Shown: positions 33,611 to 43,628 of the stretch, piece after piece
Layout of the letters: each line of letters opens with the position of its first letter
Position numbering within the stretch: position 1 is the stretch's first letter
Assembly (NCBI GenBank): GCA_977020255.1
Contig: CDROCS010004273.1
Span: 1 to 64,000, forward strand
DNA length: 64,000 bases
Direction: 5' to 3'
From: Obrimoposthia wandeli
Taxonomy: Eukaryota
Made by a program: the position numbers and the translations under genes
The notes under the pieces: model-generated
The model's database searches: none
What the model saw: only the letters and a program-made list of their open reading frames with translations
Told to the model about the DNA's origin: nothing

Positions 33611-36010
33611 TTATTTACGCTTCTTAAATGTTGGCTTACCGGCTCTTTTAGCGCCTTCCTGCTTAACGCCCGCCTTTTCGGCGATAGACTTCTGCAGCTT
33701 CTTACCCGGCTTTTTACCCGATGATTTAATACCCGGCTTAGATCCTGGCTTACCGAAGGGCTTCCCAGATGGGCGAGTTCCTGTAGGGCGATTACCTTCA
33801 GACTGACCTTGTCCAGATTTAGCCTGACTTCCTGTACCTGCTCCTGTTCTTGAGCCTGGTTTAGCCGCTTCGCCCTGACCGCCTGGGCGACCACGAGTAC
33901 TTAGACCTGCTTTATTTTGTAGGCGCTTAAAGCGATGCTCTTCGGGCTCGGCATGTGGAATCAAAGCATTCTTGCCTGCACCAATCATGTCTTCGCGACC
34001 CATTTCTTTTAGGGCATCACGCAGCATTGGCCAGCTTTTCGGATCGTGATAACGCAAGAACGCTTTCTGCACACGACGAGATTTCAACTCGGTATGCACA
34101 ACCATCTTCTTCGATTTATAACTGATGCGCTGTAACGGGTTATGACCCGAGTGATACATCGCTGTCGCTAATGACATTGGCGATGGATAGAAGGTCTGCA
34201 CTTGGTCAACGCGGTATTTATTGCGTTTAAGCCAAACGGCTAAGCCCAACATATCTTCATCTTCACAGCCTGGGTGAGCGGCAATGAAGTACGGAATTAG
34301 ATACTGCTTTTTACCGGCTTCTTTCGAGTACTTCTCGAACATATTCTTGAATTTGTCGTACGTTCCCATCCCCGGCTTCATCATCATATCCAAGGTATTC
34401 TTCTCGGTATGCTCAGGGGCAATTTTCAAATAGCCGCCAACGTGATGGGTCACTAGCTCACGAACGTATTCTGGATCTTCTACCGCAAGGTCATAACGTA
34501 AACCGGAAGCAATCGCGATACGCTTAATACCCGGCAAGGCACGGGCACGACGATATAGCGACGTAGTCTGCGAGTGATCGGTAACCAAGTTAGTACAAAT
34601 ACTTGGGAATACACACGATAGACGACGACAGCTGGCGTGGATCTTCGGGTCCTTACAGTTCAGGTGATACATATTGGCCGTTGGCCCACCTAAATCTGAA
34701 ATCGCGCCAGTAAAACCGGGAGCATGATCACGAATATCTTCAATTTCTTTAAGCACTGATTCTTGGCTACGGCTTTGAATCACACGGCCTTCGTGCTCGG
34801 TAATCGAACAGAAGCTACAACCACCAAAGCAACCGCGCATGATATTGACCGAAAAACGAATCATATCGTAAGCAGGAATTTTGGCATCGCCATAAGAAGG
34901 ATGCGCAATACGCTTGTACGGCAACGCAAATACCGCATCCATTTCTTCGGTCTCGAGAGGAATCGGTGGTGAGTTAACCCAAACTTCTTTATCACCATGG
35001 CGTTGAATCAAGGCATGGGCGTTTTGCGGATTACTTTCTAGGTGCAAAATTCTTGATGCGTGGGCGTATAACGCCGAGTCAGCACGGACTTTTTCGAACG
35101 AAGGCAAACGAATCACAGCGGTCGCGTGATCAATATTCAGCTTTCTGTGCAATGGCATCGGTACGATTTTGACCACACTTTCGTGCTCTTCCATATCGCC
35201 TTCAGAGCCATCCTTATTCGTCGAACATGTCTGGTTCTTGGTATCCTTCATTTCATAAGGATTTGGAATTTCATCCAAGCGACCAGGCCAATCGATGCGC
35301 GTTGAGTCAATTTCTGTCCAGCCAGCAGGCGTTGCGTCACGAATAACAGCAGTGCCTCGCACATACTGAATTTCTTTCATTGTTTTGCCCGCAGCAAGCT
35401 TATGGCTCACCTCAACAATGGCGCGTTCAGCGTTACCGTATAATAGGATATCGGCGCCTGAGTCGATTAATACCGAGCGACGAATTTCATCACTCCAATA
35501 ATCGTATTGCGCAATACGGCGTAAGCTAGCTTCAATACCACCAATCATCAGGGGAACGTCTTTATACGCTTGCTTACATTTTTGACTATATACAATTACC
35601 GCACGATCAGGACGTTTACCCGATACACCATGAGGCGTATAGGCATCATCGTTTCGAACTTTAAGGTCGGCGGTGTATTTATTAATCAGGGAATCCATGT
35701 TGCCTGCACTAACAGCAAAATACAGATTCGGCTTACCCAATGCTTTAAATGCGTCTAGGTCATTCCAATCAGGCTGACAAATAAGCCCTACACGGAAGCC
35801 TTGGGATTCTAGTAAACGGCCCATGATCGCCATACCGAAACTTGGGTGATCGACGTAAGCATCACCACAGACAATAATAATGTCGCAAGAATCCCAGCCA
35901 AGCGCGTCCATTTCAGCTCGTGACATTGGCAAAAACGGCGCCGTGCCGTAGCACTCTGCCCAATATCTTGGGTACGAGAAAAGTTCAGGGGCTGGAATTA
36001 CACTTAACAT
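33611..36010 (-). CDS. ygiQ: YgiQ family radical SAM protein
   Basis: [55 protein letters not shown]; long basic low-complexity tail. Confidence 0.96.
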   Translation of the reverse strand: MLSVIPAPELFSYPRYWAECYGTAPFLPMSRAEMDALGWDSCDIIIVCGDAYVDHPSFGMAIMGRLLESQGFRVGLICQPDWNDLDAFKALGKPNLYFAVSAGNMDSLINKYTADLKVRNDDAYTPHGVSGKRPDRAVIVYSQKCKQAYKDVPLMIGGIEASLRRIAQYDYWSDEIRRSVLIDSGADILLYGNAERAIVEVSHKLAAGKTMKEIQYVRGTAVIRDATPAGWTEIDSTRIDWPGRLDEIPNPYEMKDTKNQTCSTNKDGSEGDMEEHESVVKIVPMPLHRKLNIDHATAVIRLPSFEKVRADSALYAHASRILHLESNPQNAHALIQRHGDKEVWVNSPPIPLETEEMDAVFALPYKRIAHPSYGDAKIPAYDMIRFSVNIMRGCFGGCSFCSITEHEGRVIQSRSQESVLKEIEDIRDHAPGFTGAISDLGGPTANMYHLNCKDPKIHASCRRLSCVFPSICTNLVTDHSQTTSLYRRARALPGIKRIAIASGLRYDLAVEDPEYVRELVTHHVGGYLKIAPEHTEKNTLDMMMKPGMGTYDKFKNMFEKYSKEAGKKQYLIPYFIAAHPGCEDEDMLGLAVWLKRNKYRVDQVQTFYPSPMSLATAMYHSGHNPLQRISYKSKKMVVHTELKSRRVQKAFLRYHDPKSWPMLRDALKEMGREDMIGAGKNALIPHAEPEEHRFKRLQNKAGLSTRGRPGGQGEAAKPGSRTGAGTGSQAKSGQGQSEGNRPTGTRPSGKPFGKPGSKPGIKSSGKKPGKKLQKSIAEKAGVKQEGAKRAGKPTFKKRK

Positions 36011-36144
36011 TGGGAGCTCACTAAAAGGCAGGCCTAAATTGATTAAAATTTAAGCTGGGTAAATCTGAGTAATTTGATCAGGTATTATCTATGGGTGCAT
36101 TTTCGCAAAATTAAGCCGAATGAGCAAAATTACTTTCACTCTAT

Positions 36145-36417
36145 TCATACAGAAGATGAATTATTCGCAGTATCCGCTACCTCCCTTTGTATCTCTAATA
36201 GACAATTGCGACATAAACAGCCCGTTTGAGCGGCACTAAATCCCTCTTGTTTGAGATAAGCGAATTCATCTGGCCCAAGCCCTACACCCCAGCACTGGCA
36301 CTGTTTGATATCAGCTGCATTGCATACAAAGTCTGCTGAACAACGCGGACAGATAGTCGCTGAGACCTTTAATACACTGTCATGTTCTTTATCTGCTTCT
36401 TTTTTGGACTCGGCCAT
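36145..36417 (-). CDS. Cysteine-rich CWC family protein
   Basis: CPRC..FVC....CQCW....CLCRNCL pattern. Confidence 0.85.
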   Translation of the reverse strand: MAESKKEADKEHDSVLKVSATICPRCSADFVCNAADIKQCQCWGVGLGPDEFAYLKQEGFSAAQTGCLCRNCLLEIQREVADTANNSSSV

Positions 36418-36521
36418 TTAAGTACTCATGCAAAGGCTGTATAATTTGGCCTCAATTTTATAGGTCGCGGGCTTTCAGAGCCAGCGCTTAAGCCACTTAA
36501 GTATTTTTCAGGGTATATCCA

Positions 36522-38111
36522 TTGATCTCAACCGCTAATATCACCATGCAATTTGGCGCTAAGCCATTGTTTGAAAACATCTCCGTAAAGTTCGGTGATG
36601 GCAACCGCTACGGCTTAATTGGTGCCAACGGTTGTGGTAAATCTACCTTTATGAAAATCCTAGACGGCAGCCTTGAGCCTTCTGCGGGTAACGTCTCTGT
36701 ATCGCCAAACGAGCGTCTAGGAAAATTACACCAAGACCAGTTCGCATTTGAAGAGCAAGTTGTTATCGATACGGTAATGATGGGCAATAAAGAACTTTGG
36801 GCGATCAAAGAAGAGCGTGATGCAATTTACGCCAACCTTGAAGCCACTGAAGCCGAATACATGCACGCGGCTGAGCTAGAAAGCGAGTTCGCAGACATGG
36901 ATGGCTATACCGCTGAATCTCGTGCGGGCGAACTATTATTAGGCGCAGGTATTGATTTAGCACTTCACTCTGGCCTTATGTCTGGCGTTGCCCCTGGTTT
37001 GAAAGTACGTGTACTTTTAGCCCAAGCACTTTTCTCTAACCCAGATATATTGTTACTTGATGAGCCAACCAACAACTTGGACATCAATACCATTCGCTGG
37101 TTAGAAAGCTTATTAGACGACATGAAGTGCACGATGGTAATCATCTCGCACGATCGCCACTTCTTAAACTCTGTGTGCTCGCACATGGCCGACATCGATT
37201 ATGGGGATATCAAAATCTTCCCAGGTAACTACGATGACTACATGATCGCATCGACTCAGGCGCGTGAACGCCAGCAGTCTGATAATGCGAAGAAGAAAAC
37301 TCAAATGGCTGAATTGCAGCAGTTCGTTAGCCGTTTCTCGGCTAACGCTTCTAAAGCTAAGCAAGCAACCTCTCGTCAGAAGCAACTTGATAAGATCACA
37401 CTTGATCACATCAAACCTTCAAGCCGTCAAAACCCATTCATGCGTTTTGAATTCGAGAAGAAGCTTCACCGTACCGCTCTTGAAGTTGAGAACTTGGGCC
37501 ACAGCTACGATGCTGAGATGTTATTCAAGAACTCTAATATCATGATCCCTGCGGGCGAGAAAGTTGCGATTATTGGTGCCAACGGCGCAGGTAAGACCAC
37601 TTTCATGAAGTGCTTAATTGACGAAGTACAGCCAACAGAAGGTTCAATTAAGTGGTCTGAAAATGCATCTTTAGGTTATTACGCTCAGGATCACGAATAT
37701 GAATTCCCTGCTGAAATGGAGATGTTCGAATGGATGTCTCAGTTCCGCACGCCAGAGCATGATGACCAAGCCGTTCGTGGAACGCTAGGTCGCTTATTGT
37801 TCAACCAAGACGATATCAAGAAAAACGTTAAGGTATGTTCAGGTGGTGAAAAAGGTCGTTTATTATTTGGTAAGTTGATGATGGAAAATCACAACGTATT
37901 ATTACTCGATGAGCCAACCAACCACATGGACATGGAATCGATTGAGTCGATCAACCTTGCATTAGAAATGTTCGAAGGAACTTTGATCTTCGTATCTCAC
38001 GACCGTGAGTTCGTAAGTTCTTTGGCGACCCGCATCATCGAAATTAAGGATCACGAAATCGTAGATTTCCACGGTACTTATGACGAATACTTACGCTCTC
38101 AAGGCATCTAA
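36522..38111 (+). CDS. ybiT: ABC-F family ATPase (YbiT-like)
   Basis: Two ABC cassettes (GANGCGKST and GANGAGKTT; LLLDEPTNN and LLLDEPTNH), no TM domain; TTG start. Confidence 0.92.
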   Translation: MISTANITMQFGAKPLFENISVKFGDGNRYGLIGANGCGKSTFMKILDGSLEPSAGNVSVSPNERLGKLHQDQFAFEEQVVIDTVMMGNKELWAIKEERDAIYANLEATEAEYMHAAELESEFADMDGYTAESRAGELLLGAGIDLALHSGLMSGVAPGLKVRVLLAQALFSNPDILLLDEPTNNLDINTIRWLESLLDDMKCTMVIISHDRHFLNSVCSHMADIDYGDIKIFPGNYDDYMIASTQARERQQSDNAKKKTQMAELQQFVSRFSANASKAKQATSRQKQLDKITLDHIKPSSRQNPFMRFEFEKKLHRTALEVENLGHSYDAEMLFKNSNIMIPAGEKVAIIGANGAGKTTFMKCLIDEVQPTEGSIKWSENASLGYYAQDHEYEFPAEMEMFEWMSQFRTPEHDDQAVRGTLGRLLFNQDDIKKNVKVCSGGEKGRLLFGKLMMENHNVLLLDEPTNHMDMESIESINLALEMFEGTLIFVSHDREFVSSLATRIIEIKDHEIVDFHGTYDEYLRSQGI

Positions 38112-38158
38112 TCTCTCAAGGAAACTAAGGTTGCCCTGACAGTTTAATATTCGAGAAA

Positions 38159-38198
38159 TAGCGCTACTTAGATTATCTAGGTAAGCGCTATTTTTTTG
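38159..38198 (+). terminator. Terminator after the ABC-F gene
   Basis: TAGCGCT-A-CTTAG...CTAGG-TA-AGCGCTA followed by a T run. Confidence 0.65.
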
Positions 38199-38263
38199 AC
38201 TTATGATTTTGAAACATTTCCCTTAGTTACAGAGCCGTAATTGGAAAACGTATTAAGCACTGC

Positions 38264-38370
38264 ATCAAGTAGTTCCTTTGAGGGTACGCCGTGAATACGC
38301 CGCTTCGCTCTCCATGTAGGCTCGTATTTCGCATCCCTGCGAAATGACGCCCCTAAAACGAACCACTTAA
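38264..38370. repeat. Long imperfect palindromic element 1 (REP/MITE-like)
   Basis: Outer IR ATCAAGTAGTTCCTTTGAGGG vs CCCTAAAACGAACCACTTAAT (17/21 match); inner hairpin ATTTCGCA-TCCC-TGCGAAAT; contains CGCCGTGAATAC. Confidence 0.7.
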
Positions 38371-38528
38371 TACATCACCAGAGACAACAACCCAGATTAA
38401 CAACCTCCAGAGAACAAACACCCGACGGCTAGAACTTAAACTCAGCGACCAGCACTTTTTCTGTAAACTTTCTATTTTGATTTTGGTTCAATATCACTCA
38501 AGTTTCCAAGCTGGTAAAGCGCTAGCAT

Positions 38529-38680
38529 TTCGCGGATCGGTGTTGGGTGTGTTGTTTAAGGCCTTCTGAGGGAGCGAAGCGCCGTGAATACATGGAGCGG
38601 CTAAGATCCCGAAGAGAGTCTACAGGGACGTATTCACGACGTGCCGCCTAACGACATACCCAACATCGATCGCAAGCGAA
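38529..38680. repeat. Long imperfect palindromic element 2 (same family)
   Basis: GATCGGTGTTGGGTGTGT/ACATACCCAACATCGATC outer IR; inner CGCCGTGAATAC/GTATTCACGACG; shares motifs with element 1. Confidence 0.72.
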
Positions 38681-38724
38681 CTGCGATTTAAAAACCAAAA
38701 CCGTTGATGCTCTTGCTTTTAATC

Positions 38725-39963
38725 TTAGCTTTTCTGCTTATCAAAAAGAAAATTCTGCTCAACCAAGGCAAGCTGCAACAACAATTCGTTATGCGCACTC
38801 TCAGAGCGATACTTCTCTTCAAACAGACCCGCCGCTACTTTTTTCTGGCGACTGTTTACTTTTTGCAAACCCACTAAGGCAGAATCAACATCAGAAAGAT
38901 TTAACTGGAAACCCGCATTCAAAGCCTCAACCCGCTTCGCCATTAAAAACTGCTCAATATGCAAAGGAAATAAGCCAACAGGAATCCCCGCCTTCATAAA
39001 TAATGATACCGAATTAATACCACCATTTAAAATCGCAAACGTTGATTTGTCTAAAATATCACGCATATTCACGGGCTTATCAATATACAAAATATGCTTA
39101 GATTGGTGCGCCTGAATAATTGAATCTGGTATACCGTCAGCTAAAACAATGGCACTGCATTCAATCGCCTGAAGTGTTTTTAATAATACCGACGTCTCAG
39201 CGGAACCCTTAACATGGCAATAAATCTTTGGCCCTTTAAAGTGAGGAAATACAGCCGCTTCAGAAGCTGCAGGTATCGAAGCCCCTACGTAAGAAGTCTT
39301 ATGCCTTTGCTCAGCACTGCGATAACCATAGTGATCTAACTCTGAATACGTCTGAAAAACACACGTATCCAGATCAGAAAATAAGTCAGCCAGATTATTG
39401 ATTCTAGGAATAGAGAACTCTATGCAAACCTTATTCACCACCTTAACCAAATCATCCTCATAGCGAACGATATCGTTTTTAGCCAAATCTCCAGGAAAGA
39501 AAACCCCAGCTGGGCGATTATCATCCGGCACAGAAAAAGGCATGCCTATCGCGATTTTAGGAATATCTCTCCCCCCCCTCGCTAGCCAACTTCGTGCTGA
39601 TAACAAAGCAGTAGGTGCATGATCAAACAATATTAAATCGGGCTTTATAAAAGAATAAAGACTACGCCAAGCACTCACTAAACCTAAAAGTGCATCACTA
39701 TGATGGTAACCGCATCGACGCAATAAATCGGCATAACTCCTAGGCGCCTGTTTATCTAAACCCAGCTCAGCAGTAGAGTCAGTAAATGGGGCTGCAACAA
39801 TATTAATATCTACATCGACAAATAAACGTTTAAGCTTAGAAACATCACGAGCCGCCACCCAAACTTCATAACCCTTGCCTTGGTAAAACCGCGCAACAGC
39901 TTGCAACGATAATAAATGCTGATAATCAGTACCCAATTCCCAACATAATAAAATACGCGACAC
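38725..39963 (-). CDS. GT-B fold glycosyltransferase-like protein
   Basis: RILLCWELG..H, PDLILFDHAPTAL, ILNGGINS..AGIP..FPLHIEQ resemble the UDP-glycosyltransferase N- and C-domains. Confidence 0.65.
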   Translation of the reverse strand: MSRILLCWELGTDYQHLLSLQAVARFYQGKGYEVWVAARDVSKLKRLFVDVDINIVAAPFTDSTAELGLDKQAPRSYADLLRRCGYHHSDALLGLVSAWRSLYSFIKPDLILFDHAPTALLSARSWLARGGRDIPKIAIGMPFSVPDDNRPAGVFFPGDLAKNDIVRYEDDLVKVVNKVCIEFSIPRINNLADLFSDLDTCVFQTYSELDHYGYRSAEQRHKTSYVGASIPAASEAAVFPHFKGPKIYCHVKGSAETSVLLKTLQAIECSAIVLADGIPDSIIQAHQSKHILYIDKPVNMRDILDKSTFAILNGGINSVSLFMKAGIPVGLFPLHIEQFLMAKRVEALNAGFQLNLSDVDSALVGLQKVNSRQKKVAAGLFEEKYRSESAHNELLLQLALVEQNFLFDKQKS

Positions 39964-40051
39964 ACTTTCCCCCTAAGCTTAAACTTTAATTATTCTTATC
40001 AAATCGATTTTAAACAAAGCCAAGGGTAAAGCAAGATAAAGCGATAGGCAC

Positions 40052-40075
40052 AAAAAAGCAGCCTAGAGGCTGCTT
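40052..40075 (-). terminator. Rho-independent terminator
   Basis: AAGCAGCC-TAGA-GGCTGCTT with an A-run on the left. Confidence 0.75.
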
Positions 40076-40097
40076 ACAATAGAATAAAAGTTACGCA

Positions 40098-40388
40098 TTA
40101 ATAACAAATAGCGCCCTGTTGGAAACTATCATCAATATCGACCGTCCAAGCAACATGGTGCTTCTCAATTTCGGTTAACAAACGCTCCACCCTTAACCCC
40201 TGAAATTGAACCGCTAACATCGTCCGATAAGATAAAGTAAGACTCTCATCATTCAATGCCATTACCTGCTCTGTTGAAAATGCACCGCTTTTAACAAGTT
40301 CTTTTCGCCACAGATTAACATCTTTTTCATTGGTCACCATTTGATCGACCAACGGTTGAATTAAACTTGCTTTATCGAGTTGACCCAT
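40098..40388 (-). CDS. Hypothetical protein
   Basis: ORF downstream of the AraC gene; ATG 40388 (MGQLDK) preferred over the track start. Confidence 0.6.
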   Translation of the reverse strand: MGQLDKASLIQPLVDQMVTNEKDVNLWRKELVKSGAFSTEQVMALNDESLTLSYRTMLAVQFQGLRVERLLTEIEKHHVAWTVDIDDSFQQGAICY

Positions 40389-40551
40389 AGTCTTGCTCCA
40401 TTCTGGCTGCTTAAGTACTAATAACTGTGGGCTCGTTTTACCCAAAACGCCAGTTATAAATAGCAAAAGTGTATTGCCAGAAAGTAAATAAAGTGGAAGT
40501 ATTTAAAAGAATCATTCCTAAATTGCAACAACAAGTCTCAAGCTATTGATT

Positions 40552-41574
40552 CTAAACTTTATTTTTTTGATTCCGGTATTCGATAGGAGTTACCTCAGTC
40601 CAGCGCTTAAAAGCTCTGTAAAAGGTGCTTGGCTCTGAAAAACCTGTCAGATAAACAATTTCATCAATGGTTTCATCCGTATTCGCTAATAAACGCTTGG
40701 CTAAATTACAACGATAATCAGCTAATAGCTGATTAAAATTAGTATTCGCTTCGGCTAAACGAGTCCTGAGTGTTCGGGGCTTAATATCCAACTTAGAAGC
40801 CACCTGCTCAAGGTTTACCTGACCCGTTTCCAATATCTCACCAATTATACGATTAACGCGCGCAACCACATCCTGTCGTTCAAGCTTTGCTACATGCTCA
40901 CTCGCTAGCTTCTCATGAAGATGTAACAGCTCAGGCTCTGCGTGCAATGAGGGAATTTCAAGAATATCAGCATTGAAAAATAAACGATTATCCTTCTGGC
41001 CAAAGGAGACATCACACCCGTAAAGACGCTGATGTTCTGACGCATCGATTTGTAACGAATGAGTGAAGTGAACCCTATCGAGTTTAAACTTACCGTCGGT
41101 AACGTAATTAAAGAACTTAACGAGGCTAAAGGCGACCGCTTCGGACAAATGCCGTAAATCTATTACCTTCTCACTGGAAGAGGAGACCTCAATAGAAGCT
41201 TCACCATCGATCATTTCAAACGTTGCCAAAGTAGCATCACTTAATAAACGCTGATAATTCAACGAGCGGACTAAACCATCGCCAAAGGTAGGACTGCTCA
41301 AAAATAGATATTGTAAAACCTGCCCTTTGTAGACAGGCATTTTTTCGGCAATATGTAAGCCAATATGAGGATCCCCACTAACGTCCTCCAACACGTGCCA
41401 GAACAAATTCTGAGCATCATGAGGTGTGCGGGCATTGCGATCGTCTAACAACTCCGCTTTTACGCCACAACGTTCAAAAATCAAGGGAACATCAAGTTTC
41501 AATTCCAGCATACCTTGATAAGCAAGCTGCAATAAGATTCCTGAATCCCGAAGTTCTGCTATTCCACCTGACAT
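40552..41574 (-). CDS. AraC family regulator (AraC_binding_2 / OruR-like N-domain)
   Basis: LSSPTFGDGL, VSFGQKDNRL, RTLRTRLAE, YLTGFSEPSTFYRAFKRWT. Confidence 0.93.
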   Translation of the reverse strand: MSGGIAELRDSGILLQLAYQGMLELKLDVPLIFERCGVKAELLDDRNARTPHDAQNLFWHVLEDVSGDPHIGLHIAEKMPVYKGQVLQYLFLSSPTFGDGLVRSLNYQRLLSDATLATFEMIDGEASIEVSSSSEKVIDLRHLSEAVAFSLVKFFNYVTDGKFKLDRVHFTHSLQIDASEHQRLYGCDVSFGQKDNRLFFNADILEIPSLHAEPELLHLHEKLASEHVAKLERQDVVARVNRIIGEILETGQVNLEQVASKLDIKPRTLRTRLAEANTNFNQLLADYRCNLAKRLLANTDETIDEIVYLTGFSEPSTFYRAFKRWTEVTPIEYRNQKNKV

Positions 41575-41759
41575 AAGCTCAATTTTTAAAATTTAATAGA
41601 TCCGAATTTTGACAGAACAGGCGCTGACTGCAAGCACTCATTGGCCAAACTGACGCTATTAATCAGCAATCACAGCCAATGGCCTTATTCCTCAGCGGTT
41701 TAAACTGATAAGTAATTATAATTTTAAACTCACTACGTACAGATACATCAGGATTTACC

Positions 41760-42632
41760 ATGAACTCATTTACTCGCGTCCGAATTAACGAAACACCTGG
41801 CACACTCAATCAATACCGTCGCGCACTTTTCTCCAAAGGCATCAAAACAAAGACCCCAAAACTTCCAACAACGCGTATTACGTTGAGCGACATAACAGCC
41901 GACCCGAAGAAAGTTGAAAAGTATTCTGAAGTTTGCGGATTCGAACAAGACAGCAAACAGCTGCCTATGACCTTTCCTCACCTCCTTGCGTTCCCATTAC
42001 ATTTAGAACTTATGCTATTGCGTGACTTTCCATTTGCAGTAATGGGCATGGTCCATGTTCGTAATGAAATATCCCAGCATAGAGCAATCAAAATCTTCGA
42101 AACCATGGATGTTTCCTGCTATTTCTCAGATATAAGAAAAACTGAAAAAGGCTATGACATCGATATCAAAACTGACATTCATATTGCCGGAGAGATTGTA
42201 TGGGAAAGCATAAGCACTAACCTAGTACGCCAGAAAACAGACATAACTTCTGTGGCTAAAAAGGCTGAAGCAAACACACTTCCTGAATATCCACACAAAG
42301 AGTTCTGGAACCTATCTACCGACCTTGGCCGTCGCTACGCTTTGGTTTCTGGTGACTCCAATCCAATCCACTTATTTTCACTAAGCGCAAAACTGTTTGG
42401 CTTCAAAGGTCATATTGCTCATGGTATGTGGAGCAAAGCACGCATGGTAGCTGCCCTGTATAACAAACTCGATAGCGAAGCCTGCAAAGTCGTCGTTGAT
42501 TTTAAACTCCCTATATTTTTACCGACTTCGATTCAATTGAATTACGAATTAAAAGATAACTCCATTGAATTTGATATCCGTGACAAATCAGGAATTAAGC
42601 CTCACTTAAAAGGCTCAATTGAAGCGCTATAA
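41760..42632 (+). CDS. MaoC/PaaZ-type acyl dehydratase (double hotdog)
   Basis: TFPHLLAFPL, GMVHVRN, GRRYALVSGDSNPIHL, IAHGMWSKAR, FKLPIFLP. Confidence 0.92.
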   Translation: MNSFTRVRINETPGTLNQYRRALFSKGIKTKTPKLPTTRITLSDITADPKKVEKYSEVCGFEQDSKQLPMTFPHLLAFPLHLELMLLRDFPFAVMGMVHVRNEISQHRAIKIFETMDVSCYFSDIRKTEKGYDIDIKTDIHIAGEIVWESISTNLVRQKTDITSVAKKAEANTLPEYPHKEFWNLSTDLGRRYALVSGDSNPIHLFSLSAKLFGFKGHIAHGMWSKARMVAALYNKLDSEACKVVVDFKLPIFLPTSIQLNYELKDNSIEFDIRDKSGIKPHLKGSIEAL

Positions 42633-42825
42633 AACAATAAGCCCAATCGAACAGGGTTAGTTAAGAAGCTATACGCCTCAGACCAACCCTTATCGGTTAA
42701 AGATTATGTAAAACCCCACCCCCTTGATCAATATTTAGCGAGCAGAACGCTTTAAGACTGTGCCCAGCGTTTCATTTCTGGTTAAATAAGAGAAAAATAA
42801 ATAATGAAAACTGGACGACTCACCT

Positions 42826-43572
42826 ATGCCTGCAAGCGACCAACACTCTAAATTTCTCCATACACTTTTAAAACTACCCGTAGCTTTGCTTGCCTTAAGC
42901 TTAAGTGCAACCAGCATCGCAAACGATGGCGGCTTTATCGGTGCTTACATAGGCACTTCAAGCTCTCTTGATACAGAGAAGTCGAGTGCTTCTTTCAAAA
43001 TATTAACCGGTGCTCACATCACATCCCGAATCAGCCTAGAATTCGGCTATGTTAATTTTGGCGATACAAGCTATAACGATCCGACCGCGATTAATCTTGA
43101 CGATAACAATAGCAATATATCTTTTAAAGACGCTAATCATGGGTCAATCAGTTTTGGCCAACTTGGAGATGCTACGCCTGTTGACGGAGGACGAGATACT
43201 TACGATAACAAAGGATCAAGTAGCTTCACCGGCATGAACAAATTCACACCAGAAGGTGCACTAATCAACTTACGCTATCGCTTCCCTATTCTCGACAGCT
43301 TAGATTTTTTTGTCAAAACAGGTTTTTTTGCTTGGGCAGCTGACTATGAGACTATAAAAATCACAGCAAGCCAAGATGGCTCCATCGTTCGTATAGCTGA
43401 AAAGAAAACTCAAACATCTGGGGTGAATGCAATATCTGGAGGAGGCTTTATTTATCGACCAATCCCTCAGTTATCACTTCGAGCTGAGCTAGAAAGCACC
43501 GCGATAAGCAGTGGTGATATGCCTCGTACTCGCCTACAGAATATTAGCTTTGGTACTAACTGGGAATTTTAA
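42826..43572 (+). CDS. Outer membrane beta-barrel protein (OmpA-like TM / OMP_b-brl)
   Basis: Signal peptide, LEFGYVNFG, FFVKTGFFAW, C-terminal aromatic BAM signal GTNWEF. Confidence 0.8.
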   Translation: MPASDQHSKFLHTLLKLPVALLALSLSATSIANDGGFIGAYIGTSSSLDTEKSSASFKILTGAHITSRISLEFGYVNFGDTSYNDPTAINLDDNNSNISFKDANHGSISFGQLGDATPVDGGRDTYDNKGSSSFTGMNKFTPEGALINLRYRFPILDSLDFFVKTGFFAWAADYETIKITASQDGSIVRIAEKKTQTSGVNAISGGGFIYRPIPQLSLRAELESTAISSGDMPRTRLQNISFGTNWEF

Positions 43573-43628
43573 TTCCCAGCTTCAGCTTTCAAAGAAGAAC
43601 TCTGGATATTTTGCAATATGCAGAGTTA

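Noticed and set aside
38264-38680. Repeat pair as a CRISPR array or integron attC cassette array
   Set aside because: No regularly spaced direct repeats or spacers, no cas or intI gene, and no clear GTTRRRY core-site pairs.
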